IMG/VR virus record: IMGVR_UViG_3300045988_126619
Coordinates: 32,001-96,000 of that record
DNA: 64,000 nt
Origin: a virus
Reading direction: 5' to 3' (one strand)
The translations under genes were made by a program, and so were the position numbers. Numbering within the stretch: the first letter of the stretch is position 1; each line of letters opens with the position of its first letter. A model generated the notes under the pieces. The model was not told the DNA's origin. It searched no databases and worked only from the letters and a program-made list of their open reading frames with translations. This document shows positions 54,347 through 63,851 of this stretch, piece by piece.

Positions 54347-55054
54347 ATGCAAACAAATTTTATAAATAATTATGATATTAAAAACTTTGAGTTAATGAAT
54401 ATGAATAAAATTGACACGGTTTATGATGGCAAAAGAATAAAAGTTTATGCAGTTGAATTAAAAGCAACAACAAAAGATAAAATAAAATTTATAGATATAA
54501 TGAAGAATGGAATTGCAACATATTTTATTAATCTATTTACATTATGGGTAGATGAAAAGAATAGTTTACCTAAACAAAAAGGGCGTATGAATACTATTAA
54601 TACAAATAGTAAAATAGCTTGGATTAAAAGAAATGATACACAACAACAAATAGGAACGTCATACGGTGTAGGCATGATAAGAGATAATAAATCTTATATT
54701 AGAATGTTAAATGATAATATGATTTTTGATGATAAAGACAAAGAACTATTTGTAAACTTTTATTTTCATCAATTACTTATAGAACTTGAAATAGCTGAAA
54801 GGAAATATTTTAAAGAAACAGATGTCAGAATGATTAAATTAAGACAACTAACAGAATATATAAATAAATACGGTCAACTGAATAACAATATTAAAGTTAA
54901 TGACATTCTTTGGAACGGTGACGACAATATTGAAGAAAACGACATTGACTATTTGATAGAAAAATACAAAGAAATAGAAAAGGTATTTACTAAAGTATCA
55001 AATGAAGTCCTTGAAAAATATCCACAATGGAAATATGAAGATGAAGAAAAATAA
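54347..55054 (+). CDS. hypothetical protein
   Basis: ORF track, GGAGGAAT RBS. Confidence 0.6.
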   Translation: MQTNFINNYDIKNFELMNMNKIDTVYDGKRIKVYAVELKATTKDKIKFIDIMKNGIATYFINLFTLWVDEKNSLPKQKGRMNTINTNSKIAWIKRNDTQQQIGTSYGVGMIRDNKSYIRMLNDNMIFDDKDKELFVNFYFHQLLIELEIAERKYFKETDVRMIKLRQLTEYINKYGQLNNNIKVNDILWNGDDNIEENDIDYLIEKYKEIEKVFTKVSNEVLEKYPQWKYEDEEK

Positions 55055-55214
55055 AAAAGCAGGAATACATTATACTATCTCTTTTATATTGCGGTTATTA
55101 GCTTCATATAGAGGTTTTATAAATGTTCGTGATAAATTATTTAACTAAAAATAAAAGGCTTGTATAAAGCTAATAAGAGTATTAGAAATAAAATAAATGA
55201 TATTGTAAAATATG

Positions 55215-55243
55215 TTGACAAATATTTATAAGTCATATATAAT
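55215..55243 (+). promoter_or_regulatory. sigmaA-type promoter
   Basis: TTGACA-17-TATAAT. The leader AATACTTGTAAGGAAC repeats the 46471 leader. Motif copies lie at 55188-55202 and 55273-55287. Confidence 0.55.
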
Positions 55244-55296
55244 AATACTTGTAAGGAACGAACTTACAATAAATAAAATAAATACTAAAAAAGGTG

Positions 55297-55325
55297 TTGA
55301 CAATACACAAGATAAATGATACAAT
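55297..55325 (+). promoter_or_regulatory. sigmaA-type promoter before the recombinase gene
   Basis: TTGACA-17-TACAAT, spacer has motif variant ACAAGATAAATGA. Confidence 0.55.
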
Positions 55326-55360
55326 AATAGTGTAGTAAAGAGGAAGCGAGGTAATAAAGT

Positions 55361-56335
55361 ATGAAAAAATACCTATACGAACAATATTTCAACGAACTAA
55401 ATGAAGATTTAAAAGTTGGTAAGGTTAGGGAAAACACTTACAAATCAAAGAAAAGTGATTTGAACACGCTTTACAATTATATGGCAGAACTTGGCTATAC
55501 AACAGAAAAAGATTTTTTTGAAAATGTTAGGCAATCAGATATAGACCAGTTTGCAGAACAATTAAAAACACAATATAAACCTTCCACATATAACAGAAAA
55601 ATAGCAACATTTAAAAAGTTTTTTAACTATCTAATTGACAATTCTTATATAGTTAATGTAAACTATTTTAACAATATTAAACAAATATCTAATGATATAG
55701 TGGAGGAAAAGACAAAAGAAAAAGATATTATTTCTATTGATAAAGTAAAAATGTTGTTAAATGCAACAGAAGAAAAAGACCAAGAAAAACAAAGTACATT
55801 TGAGTTTAATGCAAAAAGAAATAAAGCAATAATTACTATTTTAACTTGTTATGGTAGTAGAATTGAAGAAATTTTATCAACAAAGTTTTCAGACATAAAG
55901 GAAACAGAGAATAAAATTCAATATATAGATATTCCAAAAACTAGAGTTAAAAATCGCTTGCATAAAAGAATATTTATTGCAAATGCTATAAAAGAAAGCT
56001 TGGAGGAATATTTAAAAATCAGAAATGAAGTTCTACCATACAATGAAGATGATTATATATTCAGTAGTGTAAATGGTAAAAAATTGACTAGCAATAACAT
56101 AAATGAAGCATTAAGCAACTTATGTAAAAAAGCAAATATAAATAAACATATCACGTGTCATTGTTTTAGACATATTTGCACGTTAGCATTACAAGAAAAA
56201 TCAATACCAGAATACGACATTGATTATATTATAGGTTGGAAAAAGGGGGATTCTATGCAACAGAGATATTCAAAACATATGCCAATAGAAAAGATTAATA
56301 AAATTATATCCGCCACGGATTTACTGCAAAAATAG
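55361..56335 (+). CDS. tyrosine recombinase / phage integrase family
   Basis: YGSRIEEIL (R), HCFRHICT (HxxR), IGWKKG, QRYSKH (Y). N-terminal SAM-like core-binding domain. Confidence 0.8.
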   Translation: MKKYLYEQYFNELNEDLKVGKVRENTYKSKKSDLNTLYNYMAELGYTTEKDFFENVRQSDIDQFAEQLKTQYKPSTYNRKIATFKKFFNYLIDNSYIVNVNYFNNIKQISNDIVEEKTKEKDIISIDKVKMLLNATEEKDQEKQSTFEFNAKRNKAIITILTCYGSRIEEILSTKFSDIKETENKIQYIDIPKTRVKNRLHKRIFIANAIKESLEEYLKIRNEVLPYNEDDYIFSSVNGKKLTSNNINEALSNLCKKANINKHITCHCFRHICTLALQEKSIPEYDIDYIIGWKKGDSMQQRYSKHMPIEKINKIISATDLLQK

Positions 56336-56364
56336 AATATGTCATACGGAGGAAGAATGTTTTT

Positions 56365-56607
56365 ATGGGGTTAATGGAAAAAGAAGATGTAAGATTATTA
56401 TTAGCGAAAACGGAAATTGAGGAAAAAATCGTTTCACTAACAAATTTAAAAGAGAATACTATCAAGTTATTTGTACAAATAGACATTGGGAAAGTTTATG
56501 ATATAATAAATGATGGTAAAAATTTTGAGTTAATATTTATAAGTGGAAATAAAACAAAAATTACATTTTTAGATAAACATAATAATAAAATGTTATTAGA
56601 AATGTAG
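56365..56607 (+). CDS. hypothetical protein
   Basis: ORF track, GGAGGAAG RBS. Confidence 0.5.
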   Translation: MGLMEKEDVRLLLAKTEIEEKIVSLTNLKENTIKLFVQIDIGKVYDIINDGKNFELIFISGNKTKITFLDKHNNKMLLEM

Positions 56608-56612
56608 ATATA

Positions 56613-56640
56613 TTGACAATTGGGATATATCCACTATAAT
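56613..56640 (+). promoter_or_regulatory. sigmaA-type promoter; motif downstream in the leader
   Basis: TTGACA-16-TATAAT. The motif at 56653-56667 abuts AAGGAG. Confidence 0.55.
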
Positions 56641-56689
56641 TATTAACAAATACGAAAATAAATGATAAAAAAAAGGAGATGTATTCCAA

Positions 56690-57991
56690 TTGGAAAAATT
56701 AAGAATGTTAATAAATGAAATCATAGTAGAATATAGAAAGGACATGAAATTTATTCAAGAAGTAAGAAGAAGTTTCGCACAAAAAGGACTAGACACAAAT
56801 ATTCCTGCTATGTTATTCAAAAATCAAATGGAGGTCGAAGACCTTGAAGTAAATGAATTAATATGTTTGACAGAATTTTTATATACAGAACTTAATCAAG
56901 AAAGATTTAGTTTAAAAAAATATTTTTCAGATATGGAAATCAGCAATTATAAAGTTTATCAACAACCCAATAAAGAAACACAAACAAATAATATTGTTCA
57001 TATCGAAGAGGTAAGAATGATTACTGATATCGAGTACGTTGTTCCAATGACTGCAAAACAATTAACAGAATTAAGACAAAATAGACAATATGCTTACTTT
57101 AAAGATATTCAAAGATGTACTAAAAAGGAAAAATTACCTAATGGGGACATCATAGAAAAAATTAATGTTAATAAACAAGGAATTGAAAGCTTAAAATCAA
57201 GATTTAAAGACAAAGAACGATATATTGTGCCAACCGAAATAAGTTTTACTATTTTAGACATTGAAAATAAAAATCCACAATATCAATTTATACCACAATA
57301 TAAAAATACTGGAGATTTAAATATAAAGATTAATTTTGATATAGATAGTGACGAATATACACCACTAATAATAAACGATGGCTACCATAGATTAACTGCA
57401 ATAACTGATGCTTATTTAGAAGATAACAGTATTGCAGATAAACAACTAGTAGTCGGTATTCATGTTTTAACAGAAGTTCAAGCAAAAGATTTGACTGCCG
57501 ATACTTTCAAACAAAATGCAACAGATAAACAATGGATTGATAGTTTGAAATTCACAAAAGAAAATCAAATAATAGATATGTTAATACAAAAATCAGTATT
57601 TTTAAGTGAAAACAATATTGTAAATAGTAAAAGAGATTTTGTGAGAGATACAAAAGCAATTACTTATAGAGTTTTATTAAAACAAGGTATAAAATTATTA
57701 AATTTAACATTTAATAATGATATAACTATGACAAGAAATGTAACTAAAATTGCTAAAAACTTAGATATATTACTCAATTATTTAAAAGATGAATATAGAG
57801 AACTATTTCATAGAGATTGTTTATTATTTGAAAAAGCATTTATTATGTTTCTTGCAATAGCGAGTGATTTAAATAATGACATTATATCTATTGGTCAATT
57901 AGGGGATAAAATTGTAAATTTAAATTTTGAAGAGTTAAAACAAAAATCAGAGCAAGAATTGTACGAAATAGTGCAAAACATTAATTTTTAA
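56690..57991 (+). CDS. ParB/Srx-fold DGQHR-like (DndB-like) domain protein
   Basis: LIINDGYHRLTAI resembles the DGQHR / ParB-nuclease motif. 433 aa with a TTG start. Confidence 0.4.
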   Translation: MEKLRMLINEIIVEYRKDMKFIQEVRRSFAQKGLDTNIPAMLFKNQMEVEDLEVNELICLTEFLYTELNQERFSLKKYFSDMEISNYKVYQQPNKETQTNNIVHIEEVRMITDIEYVVPMTAKQLTELRQNRQYAYFKDIQRCTKKEKLPNGDIIEKINVNKQGIESLKSRFKDKERYIVPTEISFTILDIENKNPQYQFIPQYKNTGDLNIKINFDIDSDEYTPLIINDGYHRLTAITDAYLEDNSIADKQLVVGIHVLTEVQAKDLTADTFKQNATDKQWIDSLKFTKENQIIDMLIQKSVFLSENNIVNSKRDFVRDTKAITYRVLLKQGIKLLNLTFNNDITMTRNVTKIAKNLDILLNYLKDEYRELFHRDCLLFEKAFIMFLAIASDLNNDIISIGQLGDKIVNLNFEELKQKSEQELYEIVQNINF

Positions 57992-58005
57992 TAAAAAGGA
58001 AGTGT

Positions 58006-58983
58006 ATGAAAATGGAAAAATTTAAACAATATATAGAAGAAACAACAAACGAAGGGCAATTAAATAAGTATCAAAAAAATAAATTACAATGGCTTTATGA
58101 TAGTAAATATTCATATAATTCAAAATTGAATTTTTGGAAATTATTTAAAAGAAATGTTGATTTTGTAGAGTTGGAAAAGAATAAAGATGTTTATGATTTT
58201 GATAGACAAGAAATAATTGATTTAATTAAAAACACACCTACGACAAAAGTTTCAACAAAGTTAACAATATTTAGTATGATAAGTAGGTATATTGATTGGG
58301 CGGTTCAAAGAGGATTTAATTACATGGGTAATCCTTGCGATACTATCAATGTACACAAGATTTTAGATATTGATACAGAGGTAACAAAGGAACAATATAA
58401 ATCTCTACATGACTTTTATGATTGGTTAGGACAATTAAAAAGAGCAACACCAGTTGATAAAATGATTTTATTAATGTTGAGATATGGTATAGATGTCAAA
58501 AATATTGGAGAAATAAAAATGCAAGATATGGATATAGAAAAGAATATTTTACATTGTAAAAATGGTGATATAGAAGTATCCTTACCTATTGATGAAGAAT
58601 TTATTCAGATGGCAATAAAATCTAATGAATGTATAGAATCAGATGATGTAAGTTATATTGTTTCAGACTATATTGCAAAAGTACAAACAAATATGCAAGT
58701 TCCGACTTTAGATAAAACAGTAATTTATAACAGGATTAATGTTATTTTTAAAAGAGCAGAAGAAAAAAGAATATCTATTCCTTTATTAAATTTAAGTAGA
58801 AGATATGACATCTTATATAACAAATATCTTCTTAACGGAGAAGTTACAATTGATGATGTAAAGGAAACATTAAAGATATTTAATGGTAAATTTACACCAA
58901 ATCAAGCGTTAACATTAAAAAGGAATTTTGAATTGGCGATGGGTGGAGAAATTAAAGTCAATACATTTAGAACAAGAAAATAA
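58006..58983 (+). CDS. integrase-like protein with apparently degenerate catalytic domain
   Basis: N-terminal core-binding-like region (ISRYIDWAVQRGF..GNPC) and LLMLRYGIDVKNIGEIK box I-like R. No clear HxxR..Y by eye. Confidence 0.35.
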   Translation: MKMEKFKQYIEETTNEGQLNKYQKNKLQWLYDSKYSYNSKLNFWKLFKRNVDFVELEKNKDVYDFDRQEIIDLIKNTPTTKVSTKLTIFSMISRYIDWAVQRGFNYMGNPCDTINVHKILDIDTEVTKEQYKSLHDFYDWLGQLKRATPVDKMILLMLRYGIDVKNIGEIKMQDMDIEKNILHCKNGDIEVSLPIDEEFIQMAIKSNECIESDDVSYIVSDYIAKVQTNMQVPTLDKTVIYNRINVIFKRAEEKRISIPLLNLSRRYDILYNKYLLNGEVTIDDVKETLKIFNGKFTPNQALTLKRNFELAMGGEIKVNTFRTRK

Positions 58984-59074
58984 AAAAGGTGTAGGCGTAC
59001 GAATAACGAATTAAAGTTATTTTGGGGATACTCATTTAGTTCTCCCCTTTGTAGCTTTTTTAGAGGTTGAAGTT

Positions 59075-59281
59075 ATGGATAAGGATGTATTACGGGTGGT
59101 TGACTTGGTTTTGAAATCAGACAATAGCATTATATTAATATGGAATTACTTATTACCTAGACTAGAGGACGTTGAAATTTTAAAAATGCTTACAAAAAGA
59201 AGTGGGAAAGAAATAAGAATAGTTCCATTAGTGGAAATTGTGAGGAATATTAATAATAAAAATGTGACAATTATCCAATAA
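59075..59281 (+). CDS. hypothetical protein
   Basis: ORF track, weak RBS AGAGG. Confidence 0.4.
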   Translation: MDKDVLRVVDLVLKSDNSIILIWNYLLPRLEDVEILKMLTKRSGKEIRIVPLVEIVRNINNKNVTIIQ

Positions 59282-59287
59282 AAAGTA

Positions 59288-59316
59288 TTTACACAAGATA
59301 ACTGATAGTGTATAAT
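59288..59316 (+). promoter_or_regulatory. sigmaA-type promoter
   Basis: TTTACA-17-TATAAT, spacer CAAGATAACTGATAGTG (degenerate motif). Confidence 0.5.
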
Positions 59317-59360
59317 ATAAGTATAATAAATTATTTGAACATAAAGTGAGGTAATAAATT

Positions 59361-59966
59361 ATGCAAAAGAAAACATTAAAAATCTTAGTAGCAACATTAG
59401 GGATTGTTGTAGTATTAGGAGGAGTAATTGGAACAGATATTTATTTTACTGGTAAGACAGTTGGCAATATGAAAGAAAATACACCAATTGAAAGTCTTAA
59501 CTTGAATCAAAAAACTATAGCAAATATATTGGGTTATGAATTAAAAACAGAACAACAGTTACAAGATGAATATTTAATTTTAACAGAAGAACAAAAAATA
59601 TTGTTAGAATTAAAAGATATCATTGATAATTCAGACGATAGTCTTAAATGGGAAGAAAATCTGGATAGATTAATGGAAATAGAAGAGAATACTATATTAA
59701 AAAATCGTAGAATTAAAAATGGATTAAGTTTGGCAATTCAAATATTTGAACAAAAAATCAAATTAGGTGATGCAGAATATAAGTTGCTAACTGGTGATTT
59801 TGATTTTTTAATGTATGATATGGCAAATAATATCTTATCTGATAAAGTACAGACAAACATAAAAGAGTTTATGAATATATTTACACAATTACATGGGGAT
59901 GAAATGAAAAAAGCTCAAGAAAATATAAAGACATTTCAAGAAAAGAAATCAGAACAATCTATATAA
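59361..59966 (+). CDS. membrane-anchored hypothetical protein
   Basis: N-terminal TM LKILVATLGIVVVLGGVIG. Confidence 0.6.
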   Translation: MQKKTLKILVATLGIVVVLGGVIGTDIYFTGKTVGNMKENTPIESLNLNQKTIANILGYELKTEQQLQDEYLILTEEQKILLELKDIIDNSDDSLKWEENLDRLMEIEENTILKNRRIKNGLSLAIQIFEQKIKLGDAEYKLLTGDFDFLMYDMANNILSDKVQTNIKEFMNIFTQLHGDEMKKAQENIKTFQEKKSEQSI

Positions 59967-59984
59967 TAAAGAGAGGTAATAAAC

Positions 59985-60335
59985 ATGAGTATAATATCAA
60001 AAATAGAAAGAGCAATAAAGACAGTTAATCAAGGACAATCAGTAATGTATATGGAAACTGAAATCTCACCACGAGATTTTGGCAAAAAAGAGCCACAAAA
60101 TAAACAACAACCACAATCTTTTGAAGATGTATTAAATAGCGTTAGACAACTGAATTTAAATACCAAAACTTATAAATCAGTAAGTAAATTGCCAAAAACA
60201 AAAGGTTCAAATGCTAATATTACTTACAACAATGCTAGAGAATTAAATAGAATATTAAGTCAATGTAAAGATAAGTATGAAACTTGTAATGTATTTGACC
60301 ACATGGGAGTAGTTTCACTAGTAAACAGAAAATAA
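59985..60335 (+). CDS. hypothetical protein
   Basis: ORF track, AGAGAGG RBS. Confidence 0.55.
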   Translation: MSIISKIERAIKTVNQGQSVMYMETEISPRDFGKKEPQNKQQPQSFEDVLNSVRQLNLNTKTYKSVSKLPKTKGSNANITYNNARELNRILSQCKDKYETCNVFDHMGVVSLVNRK

Positions 60336-60360
60336 ATAAAATAAATTATAGGTGATTAAA

Positions 60361-61707
60361 ATGAAACTCAGAGATTATCAGCAAGAATGTGTAGATAAAA
60401 TGATTAATATGGATAAAAACATAAAAGGTATTGCGTGTATCCCAACAGGTGGAGGAAAGACAATTTTAATGTCAGAAATCGCAAGAAACACAAATGGTAG
60501 AATATTAATAGTAGTGATGAATACAGAGTTAAGAGAACAAACAATTGATAAATTAAAAATGGTTTGTGGAAGTTCTGTAGATGTTGGGAGTGTTCAAGGT
60601 AGCTTAAAAGAGTATGATAATAAAATAATAGTAGCAACTAGACAAACATTAACTAGTAAGAGTTTTAATGCTTTTAGATTATTAGATAAAGGTAATTTTG
60701 ATTTAATAATGTTTGATGAATGTCACGTGGCTATAGAGCAACAACAATTAATATGCTTAATGTTAGCAACAGAAAACACAAAAGTAATAGGATTTACTGC
60801 AACGCCTTATAATTTAGACATGAAATATCTCTATGATGAAATCATTTATAAAAGAGAATTAATAGATATGATTAATGAAGGTTATTTAGTTAAACCAGTT
60901 TGTATGCAAGTAAAATCAGATACAAATTTAGATGATATAAAAATCAGATTTGGGGACTTTAATAAAAGGCAATTAGGGGAAAAAGTCAATAATGAAGTAA
61001 GAAATAAATTGATTCTACAATCATATGTTGATATGTGTCAAGATAGAAATAAAACACTTATATTTACAACAAATGTAAAGCATAGTCAAGCAATTGCAGA
61101 ATGTTTTGTGCAAAATGGAATATCAGCAAAATCAATTGATGGAAGTTGTTCAAAAACTGAACGAAAGCAAATATTTAATGATTTTGAAACTGGAAAAATA
61201 AAAGTATTAGTAAATGTGGATATATGTACAATAGGGTTAGATATCCCAAGTATAGACTGTGTCATATTTGCTAGACCAACAAAAAGTAAAGGTTTGTATA
61301 TACAAATGCTAGGGCGTGGGTTAAGACTATCGCCACAAACAGGAAAAACTGATTGTTTAGTAATTGATATAGTTGATGTAACAACAAAACACAATTTAAT
61401 TAATGGAAAAACTGTATTTGATGTAGATGTTGAAGAAAAACAAAATAAAAAGAAGAAAGTGACAAAAAAAGAAATACTTGAAGCAATAGAAGAAGAATAC
61501 GAGGAACAAAAACAACAAGAATATATAGAGGATATACAACTAGACATTAATATCTCACCAAGCTATGAAGATACTAATATTTTAGTTGAAATGTCAGAAA
61601 AATTAAATCCTTTTGTAAAATCAGCTAAAAAGAAAGTTGAATCCTTAAAGAAAAATTATACCAAAATGAAACAATTAACTAAAAAGATATTTAATATATT
61701 TAAATAA
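60361..61707 (+). CDS. SF2 DEAD/DEAH helicase (type III restriction res-subunit-like fold)
   Basis: LRDYQ, PTGGGKT, MFDECHV, FTATP, QMLGRGLR. Start moved to ATG 60361. The motif at 60336-60350 abuts the RBS. Confidence 0.75.
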   Translation: MKLRDYQQECVDKMINMDKNIKGIACIPTGGGKTILMSEIARNTNGRILIVVMNTELREQTIDKLKMVCGSSVDVGSVQGSLKEYDNKIIVATRQTLTSKSFNAFRLLDKGNFDLIMFDECHVAIEQQQLICLMLATENTKVIGFTATPYNLDMKYLYDEIIYKRELIDMINEGYLVKPVCMQVKSDTNLDDIKIRFGDFNKRQLGEKVNNEVRNKLILQSYVDMCQDRNKTLIFTTNVKHSQAIAECFVQNGISAKSIDGSCSKTERKQIFNDFETGKIKVLVNVDICTIGLDIPSIDCVIFARPTKSKGLYIQMLGRGLRLSPQTGKTDCLVIDIVDVTTKHNLINGKTVFDVDVEEKQNKKKKVTKKEILEAIEEEYEEQKQQEYIEDIQLDINISPSYEDTNILVEMSEKLNPFVKSAKKKVESLKKNYTKMKQLTKKIFNIFK

Positions 61708-61721
61708 GAGAGGTGTTTAAT

Positions 61722-62000
61722 ATGAGAAAAACTATTATAGGGATGTTATTAATATATACACTTGGATTAATGGGTTGTGGAACTCCTAATAACGTTATAA
61801 AAGGAACTATAATTGATGTTGAATGTAGTATGAATAAAAATTATCTTATCATAGAAACAAATAGTGGTAATTCGATTAAGTTAAGAGCCAGTTTGGAAAA
61901 AACTATTATGTATCAAAAGGGGACAAAAATTCAATTCACTTATGATAGATATGATGGATATATAAAATACTTATATTTAGATGAAGGGCAGAACAGTTAA
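61722..62000 (+). CDS. lipoprotein
   Basis: Lipobox LGLMGC. Start moved to ATG 61722. Confidence 0.6.
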   Translation: MRKTIIGMLLIYTLGLMGCGTPNNVIKGTIIDVECSMNKNYLIIETNSGNSIKLRASLEKTIMYQKGTKIQFTYDRYDGYIKYLYLDEGQNS

Positions 62001-62139
62001 ATAAAACTTGTAAAAGAATTAATAGAAGAAGGTGATAAAAATGATATGGGGCAAGTTATTCCTCCAAAAACCAATATGTTAACTTATTATTAAAAACGAT
62101 TTACACAAAAAATAAATAACAAAAAGAGAGGGATTAAAT

Positions 62140-62592
62140 ATGAAAAATACTTATTGGAATAAACATGGAAAATATCAAAAAGAATATAATAAATTATATG
62201 AAAAATTCGTGCCAACTATGGGATATACAGATAATAAATATATAAATTTATTAATAGCTACTGGAAAAAGATATTCTGATTTATATAATAATGGATTGGG
62301 AAATGAAGATACTCTATATGACTATTGCATAAAAAAAATAGAATCAGTATTAACAGAATTAAAATGTAGTGATGAAATCAAATGTTGCTTCACGAAAAAC
62401 AGATTCAGTATAGAGATATATGAAGAACCAGTTTATATATGGGATGAAGACAATAATCGTGAAACCGATGAAATAGATTATTATGAAGATAAAGAAGAAG
62501 AAATTATTGAAAGTTTAACACAACAAGAATATAAACATTTTGAATTATTTGTTGATTCAGTTATAGAATTATGTATTGAAAAATTACAATAA
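62140..62592 (+). CDS. hypothetical protein
   Basis: ORF track, AGAGAGGG RBS. Confidence 0.6.
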   Translation: MKNTYWNKHGKYQKEYNKLYEKFVPTMGYTDNKYINLLIATGKRYSDLYNNGLGNEDTLYDYCIKKIESVLTELKCSDEIKCCFTKNRFSIEIYEEPVYIWDEDNNRETDEIDYYEDKEEEIIESLTQQEYKHFELFVDSVIELCIEKLQ

Positions 62593-62693
62593 TAAAACAT
62601 TACAAAAAAGCTTTGAATCAAGAACCGAGGACATTGATTAAAATTGATGTTCTTTTTTTAATTTAAAAATAATATGAAATTTAGTATAAAATA

Positions 62694-62722
62694 TTGACCG
62701 AAATTTATACCTATGATATAAT
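62694..62722 (+). promoter_or_regulatory. sigmaA-type promoter lacking the conserved motif
   Basis: TTGACC-17-TATAAT with TGn. Confidence 0.5.
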
Positions 62723-62751
62723 GTATATATAGTAAATAAGAGGTGATAATT

Positions 62752-63435
62752 ATGGAAAATAAATTGATAGAAAGAATACAAAAATTATTAGCACTTACAG
62801 AAAGTAGTAATGAAAATGAATCAAAATTAGCAATGTTAAAAGTTCAAGAATTATTGGTAAAAAATAAATTGTCATTAAAAGATGTTGAAAGCTATAAGAA
62901 AGTAAATATTAGTATTAAAGAACATATAAGTGATATTTCTTTTAGACAAGGAAAATGGAAAGCACAACTAGGACAATTAATTGCTGAAAATTTTGGATGT
63001 TATCAATATTTCAGAGGTGTTAGAAGTAAATATATAGTTTTTTTTGGGAAAGAAGAAGATGTTATTGTTTGTAATATAGTTTTAGAATATGCTATTGATT
63101 GTATTCAAAGTGCAGTTAAAAAATTGAGATATCAATATTCAAGAAGAGGACTTAGTACAAAAGGGTTAGAAAATGATTATGCGTTAGGATTTATAGTTGG
63201 GTTAAAAAAATCTTTTGACAAACAAAAGGAACAAAATAAAGGTTGGGGTCTTGTATTAGCAAAGGATGTTCAAGTTGTAGAAGCTTATGAAAATATCGAA
63301 TTTTCTAGTGGAATCAATACAAGTGCTAAATTTACTGGACATGAAGAAGCCTTACGAAAAGGAAAACAAGATGGAGAAGAATTTAGCATAAGTGATAAAA
63401 TAGCAAGAAAAGAAGAAGAAACGCCATTAATATAA
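62752..63435 (+). CDS. DUF2786-like protein
   Basis: N-terminal LIERIQKLLALTESSNENESKLAMLKVQELLVKNKLS is the typical DUF2786 helix. Start moved to ATG 62752. Confidence 0.6.
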   Translation: MENKLIERIQKLLALTESSNENESKLAMLKVQELLVKNKLSLKDVESYKKVNISIKEHISDISFRQGKWKAQLGQLIAENFGCYQYFRGVRSKYIVFFGKEEDVIVCNIVLEYAIDCIQSAVKKLRYQYSRRGLSTKGLENDYALGFIVGLKKSFDKQKEQNKGWGLVLAKDVQVVEAYENIEFSSGINTSAKFTGHEEALRKGKQDGEEFSISDKIARKEEETPLI

Positions 63436-63463
63436 TAAACGTAGTTTAAGGAGTTGATAGATA

Positions 63464-63850
63464 ATGAAAAATTTAAAAGATTTAATGATTAGCATTTCAG
63501 AGTTTAAAGTTCAAATGTCTGAAATTATCAAGAACAAAGTAACAAAAGTTATAGTTAAAAATAACGAGCCAGTTGCTGTTATTATGCCGTATGCTGAATA
63601 CATAGAAAGGGCAAAAGATTCGGAGAGAATAGAACAAATAGGGCAAGATATAACTTTACAAAATGGGGTTCAAATGATGGTGACTGTTTCAAAAGAAAAA
63701 GATGACTCACTATGTATCAAAACATATGTAAAGATGAAGACAACAGGGGATTACAAACTTCATTTTACACACCATATAGGGATGCCAACAATTGAATCGA
63801 CTATGACTACAAAAGAAATAATAGAGTTTTATGAAAGGAATGATAATTAG
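63464..63850 (+). CDS. Phd/YefM-like antitoxin-domain protein with C-terminal extension
   Basis: ISISEFKVQMSEIIKN..VIVKNNEPVAVIMPYAEYIE matches the Phd/YefM N-terminal pattern. Confidence 0.5.
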   Translation: MKNLKDLMISISEFKVQMSEIIKNKVTKVIVKNNEPVAVIMPYAEYIERAKDSERIEQIGQDITLQNGVQMMVTVSKEKDDSLCIKTYVKMKTTGDYKLHFTHHIGMPTIESTMTTKEIIEFYERNDN

Positions 63851-63851
63851 T

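Noticed and set aside
62030-62080. 12-codon ORF MIWGKLFLQKPIC after a GAAGGTGA RBS
   Set aside because: Too short to support without conservation or ribosome-profiling data.
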